From contig NC_068981.1 in assembly GCF_001194135.2 (NCBI RefSeq), positions 35,940,071-36,004,070 of the forward strand: a stretch of 64,000 bases of DNA, read 5' to 3'. Source of the stretch: Octopus bimaculoides (taxonomy: Eukaryota). The notes below the pieces were generated by a model, which searched no databases, was not told the DNA's origin, and saw nothing but the letters and a program-made list of their open reading frames with translations. Position 1 is the stretch's first letter, and every line of letters begins with the position of its first letter. This document shows, piece after piece, positions 52,053-64,000 of this stretch. The translations under genes were made by a program, and so were the position numbers.

Positions 52053-52074
52053 ATATATATATATATATATATAT

Positions 52075-52895
52075 AGCATCAGTTGTGGCGTGCAAGAGAG
52101 ACGATTGCGCTGGTATGGACATGTGGTGAGAATGGAGGAGGATAGCTGCGTGAAAAAGTGCCACACCCTAACAGTTGAGGGAACCCGTGGAAGAGGTAGG
52201 CCCAGGAAGACCTGGGCTGAGGTGGTGAGGCAAGACCTTCGTACATTGGGCCTCANNNNNNNNNNNNNNNNNNNNNNNNNNNNNNNNNNNNNNNNNNNNN
52301 NNNNNNNNNNNNNNNNNNNNNNNNNNNNNNNNNNNNNNNNNNNNNNNNNNNNNNNNNNNNNNNNNNNNNNNNNNNNNNNNNNNNNNNNNNNNNNNNNNNN
52401 NNNNNNNNNNNNNNNNNNNNNNNNNNNNNNNNNNNNNNNNNNNNNNNNNNNNNNNNNNNNNNNNNNNNNNNNNNNNNNNNNNNNNNNNNNNNNNNNNNNN
52501 NNNNNNNNNNNNNNNNNNNNNNNNNNNNNNNNNNNNNNNNNNNNNNNNNNNNNNNNNNNNNNNNNNNNNNNNNNNNNNNNNNNNNNNNNNNNNNNNNNNN
52601 NNNNNNNNNNNNNNNNNNNNNNNNNNNNNNNNNNNNNNNNNNNNNNNNNNNNNNNNNNNNNNNNNNNNNNNNNNNNNNNNNNNNNNNNNNNNNNNNNNNN
52701 NNNNNNNNNNNNNNNNNNNNNNNNNNNNNNNNNNNNNNNNNNNNNNNNNNNNNNNNNNNNNNNNNNNNNNNNNNNNNNNNNNNNNNNNNNNNNNNNNNNN
52801 NNNNNNNNNNNNNNNNNNNNNNNNNNNNNNNNNNNNNNNNNNNNNNNNNNNNNNNNNNNNNNNNNNNGGAAAGCGGACGTTAAACGATGATGATG

Positions 52896-52897
<2 letters not shown>
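52075..52897 (+). mobile_element. RTE LINE 3' end (ORF C-terminus, N-gap, (GAT)n tail) inserted in a (TA)n run
   Basis: QERRLRWYGHVVRMEEDSCVKKCHTLTVEGTRGRGRPRKTWAEVVRQDLRTLGL lies before the gap. GGAAAGCGGACGTTAAACGATGATGATGAT follows it. (TA)n lies on both flanks. Confidence 0.9.
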
Positions 52898-52974
<77 letters not shown>

Positions 52975-54305
52975 CTGTGTATATGTACATTTATAGATGA
53001 CAGCCTGTGTGAGTAGTATGTAATACAACAGATTTGGTACCTTTGCAAACAAATAGTCACTGAAGTGAACAGGATTTACTGAGAGAAACCTTACAATCTA
53101 TCTTGAAGTATACATACATCCATTCACACACACTTTAAAAATCAAGGGTAAGCTGAATAAACAATACAAAGCAAAGTTATCAAATAGAGATGTGAGGTTG
53201 CTGTTCAAGATCTCCTTAACTGGCTAACCATTAGAGTGAGTAAAAGGTAGAATAGTGAGCTTCAAGAATTAAATTATGCTCTTTGAGCTTTCAGAAAGAA
53301 CAAGCACTGAGTAACAGAATATTTTTAATAAACCCTTTTTGGTATAATACCAAAGACATAGATACCATAGAAAGAATCTCAATAAATAGATTTAAAATTT
53401 CATTTACTTTTGGTACATGCAACAGGTTAAGATCTCACTTTTGTATCTTTGATCATCATGTTCTTTCTTGTTTTTTTTTTCTTTTTATTTTCATCATTCA
53501 AAGCTTGGAAAATATAAAATTGATGTTTTGCTAAAGGAATATAATAAACATCCTGTAAAATTTTCTATACAAAATCCTGTTTTTAAATTTGAAATTCAAA
53601 TTATTATTTCTTTGTTTTCTTATTTCTTTAATTATAGAATTTACTTATGTTGAAAAATATTTTGTCAGAAAAATAAAAATCTATTTAAAAATAATTATCT
53701 ATTTTTTGTATTATTTAAATTTTTCTTTTTTAATCTACAATTCTATTATGAAAATTGTTACAGGCAAAAATTCAGTGGGGGAAAATAATCCAGATTAGAA
53801 AATGTTATAGAGAATAAAAAGAAAAAGAAAGAAACATTCTTCAAGGTTAAATTAATCTTAATGTAATTTTATTCAAAAGTCAATAAAATATATAAAAAAT
53901 AATCTAGAATATTTTATTCACATTTTCCCTGACATAATTTATACATTTTATTTGAGATTTTTTCTGTCTGATTTATGAAGTGCAATACTAAGGCCTTTGC
54001 TTAATACAGAAAATTAAAACCAATAAAGCAGCATATTCAGATTCATAAAGAATTGGTTTGCTTCAAAACTCTGCATTTGAATATATTCATACCAGCTCAT
54101 TAAATTGCAAGAATATTTTTCCCCATTTGTAAAGAACTTTATAATTTACACATGATTCTAAAATGTGTGGAAAATATGCTCTTTCCATATTAAGGAGCAC
54201 ATTATATTAAACAACAATTATATTCTGTAGCTTCTATTGGTAAAAATAAATTAAATGACACTATTTAAAATAAAATTTCATATTATTTGAACTGTAAAAG
54301 ATTAC

Positions 54306-54436
54306 AGATAAGTCGTTGTTTCCTCTGGGCAGTTCTGGAAACTGGAAGCCAAGAGCAAGTTACTCTTTTTATGAGATCTCTGTACTTTGTTATTCTCTTT
54401 TAAAGTATTTCCTCTGATTTTGGAAGAATGTTTTCT
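54306..54436 (-). CDS. Candidate internal exon (131 nt, phase 0 to 2), basic/disordered peptide
   Basis: Minus-strand acceptor poly-T+AATGTTAACAG, weaker donor CT|GTAATC. Only one frame is open: RKHSSKIRGNTLKENNKVQRSHKKSNLLLASSFQNCPEETTTY. Confidence 0.3.
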
Positions 54437-57092
54437 CTGTTAACATTAAAAAAAAAAAAAATCATTTATAAATTTATTTTAATTCTAATTTCAGCAAATT
54501 TTCAGTTTTCTGCTTTTAATTTTAAAAATTGAAATTAGAAATAATTAAAAAGGAAATGAAATTTTGGTATTCAGCAGTATGAAACTGATACTAATAATTT
54601 GATCCTTTTTTTATAACTGTTTGACAAAAGATTCTAACATGAAAAACATGTCAAGTAGATTACCTTCTGGGTAAATGCACCGTGACAAACACTGAGGCAC
54701 ATTTTAGTTCATTTACTCAAGCCATTAGTTCTATAGCATGTTTCTGACATTTACAGTTTAGTTTATCTCCTTTAGATCAGAATAACACTCTAAAATCCTT
54801 GGCTATATTCACTGAAGGTTTATAGATAGGCATCAAGTAATTTTAAAGCTGATTTTATTTGCCTCAAGCAGTGTCACCAATTTTTGATTCACTCATTGAA
54901 TATGCACTACCTAAACTTTTAGCATGAATACTAGTCATATGGTTATAACAGTCTAAGAATCAGAATTTAAGATACTAATGAAAAATTCCTTGCATATCTT
55001 GGATACTGTGGTGATTGTTTCATTAAGTAAAATTTATTAACATAGAGAAGACAGTCTCCTGATCTGTGACAAAAAGGTTTTTCAGTTATTTGTCAGCGAC
55101 TTTTGACACATTGTTCATCCTATCTGCCAATTCCTATTGGTGATACCACAGCTGTCACTTGCAAGAATTATTTTCATGTGTTCCACCAGCTAGTCATGTT
55201 TTCTTCTTGATTTGCTTTCACTTGTTTTGAAATTCTTATTTTACTCCAATGTCAAAATAATTGAACTTTCTCTTGTGCTACACAACTCACTGTAGAACAC
55301 ACCTCCTTTCCATAGAAGATTCCACTCATTCACTCTTTATTATTATTCAGCACTAATCTCTTCCCAAGGAATTCCGGTTAAAGAATGGGAAATATTTAAT
55401 AGGTTTATGAGGGAAGTCTGATGCACAACTACTTCAAATTTGCATGTAGAACATAGGTTGGTTATTGATTAATTTTTTTATATTACATGTATGTGAGTGT
55501 GTTTGGAGGGTGGTGCTATTTTCAACACATCCACATGTCAGTTTACATGTGAAAATGAAACAAAGCCCACAAAGTAGGTCCTGTCTCATTTGAATATATT
55601 AAATGATGGCTCTACTACTGTGGTTACTACTACTACAACTACTACTTGTAGTAGTAGTAGTTATCAAAATAATAACAATAGACATATAAAAAGTTATTGT
55701 AAACATATGGATAGGCCCTTTAACTCTTGATTTTATAGAGTTTTATCTTAATTGCTAGTGTAAAGCAAAGGAACTTGTATTTGTCAGGAGGAAGTTATGA
55801 GTCTAAAATTTTTAGTTCAAGCAATAATTTACTATCCTTAAGTCCTTTCATAGTTAAAATAATAAGTACTAGTTTGATTAAAAAGAGTTCTTAGATGTCC
55901 AGCTGAATATACAATTAACATTATAGTTAATTGTTACAAGGTTTGAGTTATTGCAGAAATTTATGGTAGGTGAATTGCTACTATCATGTCCATGATTCAA
56001 ATGTATATCTCATGTGTTCAATGCAACTAAAACTGAAATAAACTTCTAATATTCAAGTCAACCTTGTTTTGAAACTCTATTAATAAAATAACTGATGCAG
56101 AATATTGATATACAGGGTGGTGCAAAAGTCAAGCACCAGTGAAATAACACTTTGCCATAACATCTTTATGTTTGTTATATTTTGTAAGTAAATGTGATAA
56201 ATGTTTATAAAATGATGATTATTTTTATTTTAGAACCATGTCCGAAATATTGTAATGTTAATTTCACCAGCTGATTGACTGGCAGATGAGGCTTGTTGTG
56301 TATTTGTATGCATGCCCCTTTGTGCCTGTGTTTGTCACACCATTTTACAACTGGTGTTAGTTTGTTTTATTTTCATATTATTTAGCATTTTGGTTAAAAG
56401 GGACACATAGAATCAGTATTGGACTTAAATATATATTCTGGAGTTGATTTGATCAACTAAAACCTTCAAAGCAAGGCTGAAACAAGTAAAAGAACACTAT
56501 TATTCTTTTATTCTTTAAATGTTCAGTTATTGCTCTTTTGCTTTACAATTTAATCTGGGGGAGAAGGGCAGAGCTAATAACGTTTTGTAGCCATTCTACA
56601 AAACCTTTTTGATATAAACATAGGTACACCTTTATGTACATGCATAAATACAGGCGCATTTGTACATGTATATAAATATGATGTTAGTGGTAAATCAGAA
56701 GCCATAGTAAAAGACCTGAGGTGCTGCAAAATGGGATTAAACCTGAAATTATGCAGTTATGAAGTGGACTTTTTATCTGCACATCCAAGTTTAAGTACTT
56801 TTAAAAGCATATTGGTTTGTACTTTATAATAGTTATTTAGCCCTTGGTCATCCCAATCAAGCTGACCCATGATCAAAGGCAGTCTAGACCGAACTATATC
56901 ATCTTGTGTTCAATGAATTCTTGAGAAATAGTGGTGAGGTCAGGCCTGAAAATATTGGGCCTCTCAGAAGTGATGGTACACGACTAAGGTATATGTGTCT
57001 AACTAAAAAATCTCTTTCTCTGTATATGCATGTGTGTGCATATGCACACACACACATATATATAATCTATTTAGATTTATGTACATATATAC

Positions 57093-57164
<72 letters not shown>

Positions 57165-57899
57165 ATTTATGCATATATACACACACATGAATGCACACGT
57201 ATACATACACAGGCTGAAATGAAGAACTTGTTGATGATGGTGACACCAATGATAATGTTAATGATGGTAAGAAGAAAAGCTGTAATTAGGCTAGTTTTTA
57301 ATGTAATCAGAAGAGATACATGAAATGAATATCATATCCAATAAATTTTCATGAATTGAAAGGAATGCATATGTATTTATAAAAAAGATTTATGGAGAGA
57401 GAAGTGAAATTTGACTTACAAGCACTGCAAAATTCCTTTGATTATATAACTTTAGCTATTTCTTATAATGTGCATTGTTACAAAGGTTTACATTGATCAT
57501 GTTAAATGGTTCATTTTGGTAAGTCAGTTGATACCTTTCATTTGTAATGTCTTCTTAATATTCTACAAGAAATAATTTTGCTTTTATCCTACATGGTTTA
57601 ACTGAAGCTAAAGTACAGGTCTTCATCTGTTTTGAACCTTAAATTTTTAGATGGGTCCCTTCTGATATATGCATTTGAATCAAACCTTCTACTGGACGAT
57701 AAGTTCCTCTCATTCTCTGATTAATTTCAGTGGTCTTGAAAGAGGCTTACATGAAAAGAGCTGTACCCTCTGAACACTTCTTTTCATCCACCAATTATAC
57801 AATAAAATAATGTAATTATTAGGAAGGTTGTTGGAAAGCATTGGAGTGCTAGAATCAGTAGAGTGATGGGCAAAATGCAATGCAGTATTTAGTTGCATA

Positions 57900-58050
57900 C
57901 TTTTATACTTTGAGTTTAAAATTGTACCAAGGTTGACTTTATTTTATATTCCTTTCAGATTAATAAAATAAGGCCAACTTGTGTCCTGCAGTTGATTTAA
58001 CTGGCTATAACCATTCCCACATTTGAGCTACTGTGCCTTTGTCAGAAATT
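57900..58050 (+). mobile_element. Family A SINE, decayed
   Basis: TTTGAGTTTAAAATT...AAGGTTGACTTTATTTT..TCCTTTCAG..TAATAAAATAAG. Confidence 0.6.
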
Positions 58051-59479
58051 AATATTGTTGTTGCTACTGTTGGTTTATTACTGTTTTAATTGTTACAATT
58101 TGTTTTTACTTCCAAATAAAGCTGGGTCAGGCTCAACTATTTTCAAAATTTGAACTAAATTGACAAAAAAAATTATTAAAAAGATTTTCTGACTTTCATG
58201 ATCGACTTTACATACACACACACACACACACACACAGATTTCTCTCTTTTCACATCACTCAGTTGCTTAGCTTATTTGCTTTCCATTCCTTTTGCTGTTA
58301 TTCACTGAAATTATATAATTTCCTGTTTAATCATTTGCTATAAATATGGAAATAAATGAAAACTGTCTACCAATTTGTAGAATCCCCGAAGCCAAGCTGT
58401 TACAATGGGAATACTTTAACCCAGGTCACATTTTATTTGCTTGTGAATGAGACAGAATGTATATATACCACCCCAACCAAGGCCATCACCTATGTCAAGC
58501 TCATCCCCACTACTCATACCAAATAAATAAACTCTAAAATAAAAGTATAAAAACAGATTTTGTCACTCAAAAAAAATTGTTAAAATGAACACTAAAAAAT
58601 GGTTAAATGCTATTAATGATTAAAAAAGTATGCAACAGTATAAACAAAAATCATGAAAAAATGGATGATGGGGGACACTTCAAAATGGAAGCTTTTTTAT
58701 GTGAGTAGAAATGTGAGGATACAGAAAAAAGAAAAAAATTAAAGAGGAAATTATATCTTTACACTAAGAGAAATTGAAAATTTAATTTCTCAACAGTTCA
58801 GGATAATTTTTCACAACTTCAGTTAGAATTTAAGAAAAATTTAAAAATCTAAAAATTTTCTATGATAACATAATGTTGTCAAACTATGTCACTTTCATTT
58901 TCTTTCATTTCACTTACTGCTTCTTCTCTCATCCAACTTTCAACTCCTCATGCCTCTTATTTGCTATTTCCTGCTGTTGTTTCTTCCTTTTTCCATTTTT
59001 TAAATTCTTCTTCTACTTCTTGCTACTACTACAACTACTACTACTACTACTACTACTACTAATAATAATAATAATAATAATAATTATGATAAGGATAATG
59101 ATGATGAGGTTGTAGAGAGAAATGGTAGAGTATCTGACAAAACGTGTTTCAGTATTTAGTTTTATCTAATCCTGCTTAATTCGACACAGCCTGTCATTTT
59201 CTTGAGAAAGAAAATTCATACCAAGAATGTATTGGAGTTAATGCAGTTCACAAATCCAAATCTTGAAAATATGTGTCCTTGTGCCGGGTGATATTTTAAG
59301 GTAACATTTCCGTGAACTGCATTTGCTTTATAGTTTGGTTTTTAATATTGAAAATCATTTCACTTACACTACTAATTTATTTTGGAAAGGCTTTAATAAC
59401 AGTTTCTTCACATCTAAGACTATCTGATTTCATACAGTCATTATCAAAATCTGCCACCTTGTGAACTGGTAAGTGTATT

Positions 59480-59810
59480 GCAAGAGATACAATCTTTGCC
59501 TTTCTGTCTTGCTCAGTAATCAGCTAATCCCATGCTTTTGTTAATTTTCTGTACTGTTCATTCTTTGGTCTTGCTTAAAAAACCCCTTCAGAATCCTTTC
59601 TATACCAATTTTATTGAGGGTTGACCATATCAGTTTCTTTTGAATAGTTAAACTAACTCTCATTAGTTGAACTTTATCAACTCTGAATATCAAGGCATGT
59701 AACAAAAGTACCACAAGGCTTTTTGTTCACTGCTTTCCTAAGTCTACCATTCTATCAAACTTGAACTGTCTGTAGTAATGAATTAAATTGATCTCCACAT
59801 GCATGACAAT
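59480..59810 (-). mobile_element. Possible ancient LINE RT remnant
   Basis: Broken minus-strand reading CGDQFNSL...FVTCLDIQS...IWSTLNKIGI resembles RT motifs (DQI..L; F.D.EKAFD; IW..L...GI). Many stops. Confidence 0.3.
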
Positions 59811-61429
59811 TAGTCATTTTAATGACTCAAAAAATAGTAAAGCAAAGTAAACCCCTTCAAGGGTTTACCTTGCCTTTCTACTTTCCAAGTTGAAACCCAT
59901 CAGGTTTTCAACTTGGAATACAGAAGAACAACTCCAAATGATTGCTAGTGATGTAATCAAATATTCTGTTGTTCTTGTTATTTCACTTTCCTAAGCCTAT
60001 CTGTAATTATTCAACCGGTTGTAATCAAATAATGTATAGCAAAAAATGCATTGAAATTTCAAGTCAGTATAGAGAATGACATATCAAGTACATGGCAGCA
60101 CTTGCTACCCTAAATGTCCATGCTATAAATTATTGAACAAAATGGACCAGAAATGTGAGCCCATACCCTATCCATACACACTCTCACAAAAAGCCACAGC
60201 AACAAGGGAAAATGAACTCTGAATCCTAACATAAAACGATCTCTTTAGATCTGTGTTTATTCATTGCTCTATTCTATATTTTTATCCTTTCTTCAATATT
60301 TCTTCAACAAAATCACTTTCTCATCTTTCATCTTTAAAAAAAATCCCAAACTCCATTAAATTGGTAGTCATAGCTTCAAAATAGTTTTATTTTCTTTTGC
60401 AATCAGACATCTTTCTTACATCCTGCCTTGATCATCTAAAAAAAAGGTACAAACAAATACAACAAAATAAACATGTGTCCATCATGGATATTTGTTTGTT
60501 GTTGTTGTTTGTATAGGAAGTAGTAATGTCAAAGACTTCTGCTTTCTTTGATAACTAACAGCATCTTAACAATTCCTCTATTATCAAACAAGTAGAAAAT
60601 CTCAGTTTATTATATTATAATTTTTTGTCATAATCATTCTGATTACACACACATATATACACATACATATAAACACAGCTATGTAAACATATATATTGGT
60701 AACTCTCTCTCTCTCTCTATACTTATATATATTGGTAGGATGGGTAGGCTGTATTTATCAGTTTGTTTAATTCATTATTGAATTTTTCAGAGTTTGCATG
60801 GAAAAAAAATGATCACCAGACTGTTAATATGTTAGAAGATGGAAAGTTAGAAGAAAGGGAGAATAAGTAAGTTCAGCAGACAAAACGAAGAAGAATTTAG
60901 AGAAGAGATGGAGTAAAATTTTGAAATGAGAGCATTAAATACCATATTCTGATAGAAACCAACACTATGTATTTGACTTTGAAAGAAAGATTGAGACATT
61001 TTAGTTGAAAGACAAGGTGAGTAACTAATATTAAAGTATTTTTACAATTGCATGAGTGGATCTAATTTCTAGAACTTAGTTGTTTTCAATTGCTGAAGAA
61101 TTAGAAAACGTATAAAAGTTTAAACAGGATGATTAAGTTAGGTATTCTATAGTTTAGTTGAATAAAGAAATTTATGACATCGTAAAGTTATGAGATTATA
61201 TGAATTTCTACAGAATTAGAGAAACCCTAGAAGTCATAGAAATGTTGTTAGATTGGTTGATAAATAATTAAAATATTGTCAGATTAGAAGAACTACAATA
61301 ATCATAGAACAAGAAATAAAGAGAAGACTCTAGGCAACATAATAAATTTATGAAGTGACTCTAAATTTTCATGTTATTAAGTATTGGTAAGGTAATAAAA
61401 AGTTGAATAATTATATAGAAATATATCGT

Positions 61430-61830
61430 TTATCATTTACTTGTTTCAGTTGTTGATCTGTGGCCATGCTGGTGCACCAACTTGAAGTTTCAGTTGAACA
61501 AATTGACCCTAGTATTTATTTTTTAAAGTCCAGTACTTATTCTATCGATCTCTTTGGCTGAATCACTAGTTACAATCACATAAAGAAACCAACACTGGTT
61601 ATTAAACCAACAGTGGTGTGTAGGTATGGGGAGACAAACACAAAGACACACACACACACATGCATACTCAGGCATGCACACACACACACACATGATGAGT
61701 TCCCACACAGTTTTCTTTTACTAAATTCATTCACAATGCATTGATTGGTCTGGGGCTATAGTAAAAGAGACTTGACCAAGATACCACACATGTGACTGAA
61801 CCTGGAATCATGTTGTTGCAAAGTGAGCTT
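61430..61830 (-). mobile_element. A different SINE-like repeat (~61430-61650) followed by a family B SINE (~61690-61830)
   Basis: GGCCATGCTGGTGCACC...TTGACCCTAGTATTTAT...GTACTTATTCTATCGATCTC shares the AGTACTTATT core with family A. The second part has GGGGCTATAGTAAAAGAGACTTGACCAAG...GACTGAACCTGGAATCATG. Confidence 0.7.
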
Positions 61831-62393
61831 TGTTAAATTGAAAGTAATAAAAAGTAGTTAAACTGAAAAAAAAATTAAATAAAAATAATTTTGGAATTAG
61901 AATAAATTGAAAGATATGTTCACTAGTGTATTTAAATCCTGTGAGAATCAGAAAAGAAAGTAAACTTTTATTAGTGAACTAATATGAAGGCTGATAACTA
62001 ATGTAGCCTAGATGTTTATGAGAGAATGTTATATAAAAGTATGAATGCAAGAAGTGAAGAAATAGAAAAATGAAAAAGACAGGAATTGCTTAATTGTGGA
62101 TACAAATATATGATAGCTAATAAGTGCAAATATCTAGTGAAAAATCACTAAACAACAATTATGTTAAAAGATAGTAACATTTCATTATATAAATAAATAT
62201 ATGTTAGAACAAAATATATATGCGCAAGGAGCTGCTCAAAGAAGACCTTAAAATTATACAAATACGTATGAATGCAAGAAAAAAGCTGTTAGGTTATGAC
62301 CTGGTTTTTGCATAAATGCCAACATCTAAGGCTTGCACATGGGCATAAAAATACACCAACTTATTTATTAAAATACCTACATACTCTCTCAGC

Positions 62394-62457
<64 letters not shown>

Positions 62458-62623
62458 NNNNNNNNNNNNNNNNNNNNNNNNNNNNNNNNNNNNNNNNNNN
62501 NNNNNNNNNNNNNNNNNNNNNNNNNNNNNNNNNNNNNNNNNNNNNNNNNNNNNNNNNNNNNNNNNNNNNNNNNNNNNNNNNNNNNNNNNNNNNNNNNNNN
62601 NNNNNNNNNNNNNNNNNNNNNNN

Positions 62624-62684
<61 letters not shown>

Positions 62685-63319
62685 AAAATATGTGTGTACA
62701 TATGCTTCAATATCCTACACCTGCATACATTCATATACAGGTAAAAGATGTAAACACTTATGAGGGCAGAGTAGTGCATGTATGGAATAGAAAAGGATAT
62801 TGTAAGTGGGGAAAATTATGCAAAAACAAATAATAAAAAAAACGGAAAAGCAAATAAATATATAATTGTTCACTTTCTTGTCTCATCAAATATTTCTAAA
62901 CTGAATCAAACAACCTAACTGGTAATAATCACATCAGCCCTAGTACTTTCCTGCTAAATTCTAATTGTTGAGCTAAGAATGCAGTTTACCAGTGTGCATA
63001 AATACCAATAACTCTCTTCAGGAAAACATTATCTCAGTTCTGATTTATTTATACAGCTGCAATCAAAATATTCATACATTCATAAATTCAGTCTCATGGA
63101 ACAACACTTTGCTATCCTACTACATTTGGAATTTTGATACATAGAATAAATGAAGTAACTTAAGATGAGCCATCTTATCTAAAGTAAAATCTTACTCAGA
63201 AATAAAAGATCTTGTATAACTGGGAGCTTAGAAATCCTTTTTTTTTTTTTGCTAACACCTCCATCCTAAACAAATACCTTGAACAAATTTCAATTTGCTA
63301 ATATTTAAAACCAAGATAT

Positions 63320-64000
63320 TAAGAACATGCTGGATCAAGTGAAGAAAGTCATGGAAAAGGTCATAGCCCAACTAATTAAGGAGAGAGCTAGTTTAGATGA
63401 GATGCAGTTTGGGTTTGTACCAGGGAGAAGCACTACTGGTGCTATCTTTTTGGTAAGACAGCTGCAGGAGAAATGCCTAGTCAAAGATAAACCTCTGTAC
63501 TTGGCTTTTGTTGACATAGAGAAAACCTTTGACAGGGTACTTCGATCTCTTAACTGGTGGTCAATGCAGAAACTAAGGAAAGATGAGTGGTTGGTGAGAG
63601 CTATATAAACCATGTACAGGAATGCTGTCAGTAAGTTGAAGGTTGGCAATGAATATAGTGAAAAATTCAGGGTAGGGGTAGGAGATCACCAAGGGTCAGC
63701 CCTCTTCCAGGCAATAACAAAGGAATTCAAGACAGGCTGCTCCTGGGAGCTCCTTTATGCTTATGACCTTGCTCTAATATCTGAGTCACTACTAGACCTA
63801 GAGAAAGAAGTTTCAGGTGTGGAAGTAAGGTCTAGAATTGAAGGGCCTTAGAGTTAACCTAGCAAAAACCAAAGTCTTAGTAAGTAGGAAGGAGGACAAA
63901 TTACAAATCCCTTCAGGTAGATGGCCCTGCTCGATCTTCAGGAAAGGCATAGGTAGAAACTCCATAAGATGTACCTGGTGTAAGCTATGGACACATAAGA
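63320..64000 (+). mobile_element. RTE-clade LINE reverse transcriptase fragment (pseudogenised; runs off window end)
   Basis: ORFs 63327-63608 and 63612-63851 encode QFGFVPGRSTT.AIFLVRQLQEK...LAFVDIEKTFDRV, GDHQGS and LLYAYD (YADD decayed). After a frameshift the frame continues LRVNLAKTKVLVSR...WPCSIFRKGIGRNSIRCTWCKLWTH. Contains a premature TAA and a deletion within the QGS..SP motif. Confidence 0.95.

Noticed and set aside
56113-56150. TA|CAGGGTGGTGCAAAAGTC, a Tc1-like TIR start
   Set aside because: No partner inverted end found nearby, so no element can be delimited.
152-62779. Most ORFs in the supplied six-frame track (poly-IY, CV, TH, L, N, X)
   Set aside because: They are translations of microsatellites, low-complexity tracts or N-gaps, many with TTG/GTG starts that are not meaningful in a eukaryote.
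1-64000. CRISPR arrays, rRNA genes, operons, prophage or defence systems
   Set aside because: No regularly spaced repeat-spacer array, rRNA-like sequence or dense long ORFs; the sequence is clearly eukaryotic and repeat-rich.

Overview
AT-rich, CpG-depleted eukaryotic genomic DNA, not prokaryotic. It is dense in (TA)n/(CA)n/(TAA)n microsatellites and has six N-gaps. The repeat families resemble those I recall from octopus (coleoid cephalopod) genomes; this is an inference, not a database result. The window looks mostly intronic or intergenic. Well-supported content is transposon debris: a 5'-truncated R4/Dong-type LINE (2500-3632), RTE-clade LINE pieces (52075-52897, 63320-64000), a decayed near-full-length mariner with TIRs (45752-46919), a Tigger/pogo-type MITE with TA TSD (13985-14471), a CR1/L2-like 3' remnant, and more than 25 copies of several SINE-like families. 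Almost all ORFs in the supplied track are microsatellite or N-gap artefacts. No host gene can be named. Several short stretches have good splice signals and one open frame, on both strands: + 17830-17960, 30318-30360, 41248-41337; - 31710-31742 (cadherin-like GEYFALNKETG), 54306-54436. Most interesting observations: hammerhead-ribozyme-like cores in (TA)n-anchored Penelope-like repeats; a 64-nt pre-miRNA-like hairpin; a ~380-410 bp inverted repeat pair 30 kb apart; and a possible recursive-splice-type AG|GT mini-exon.
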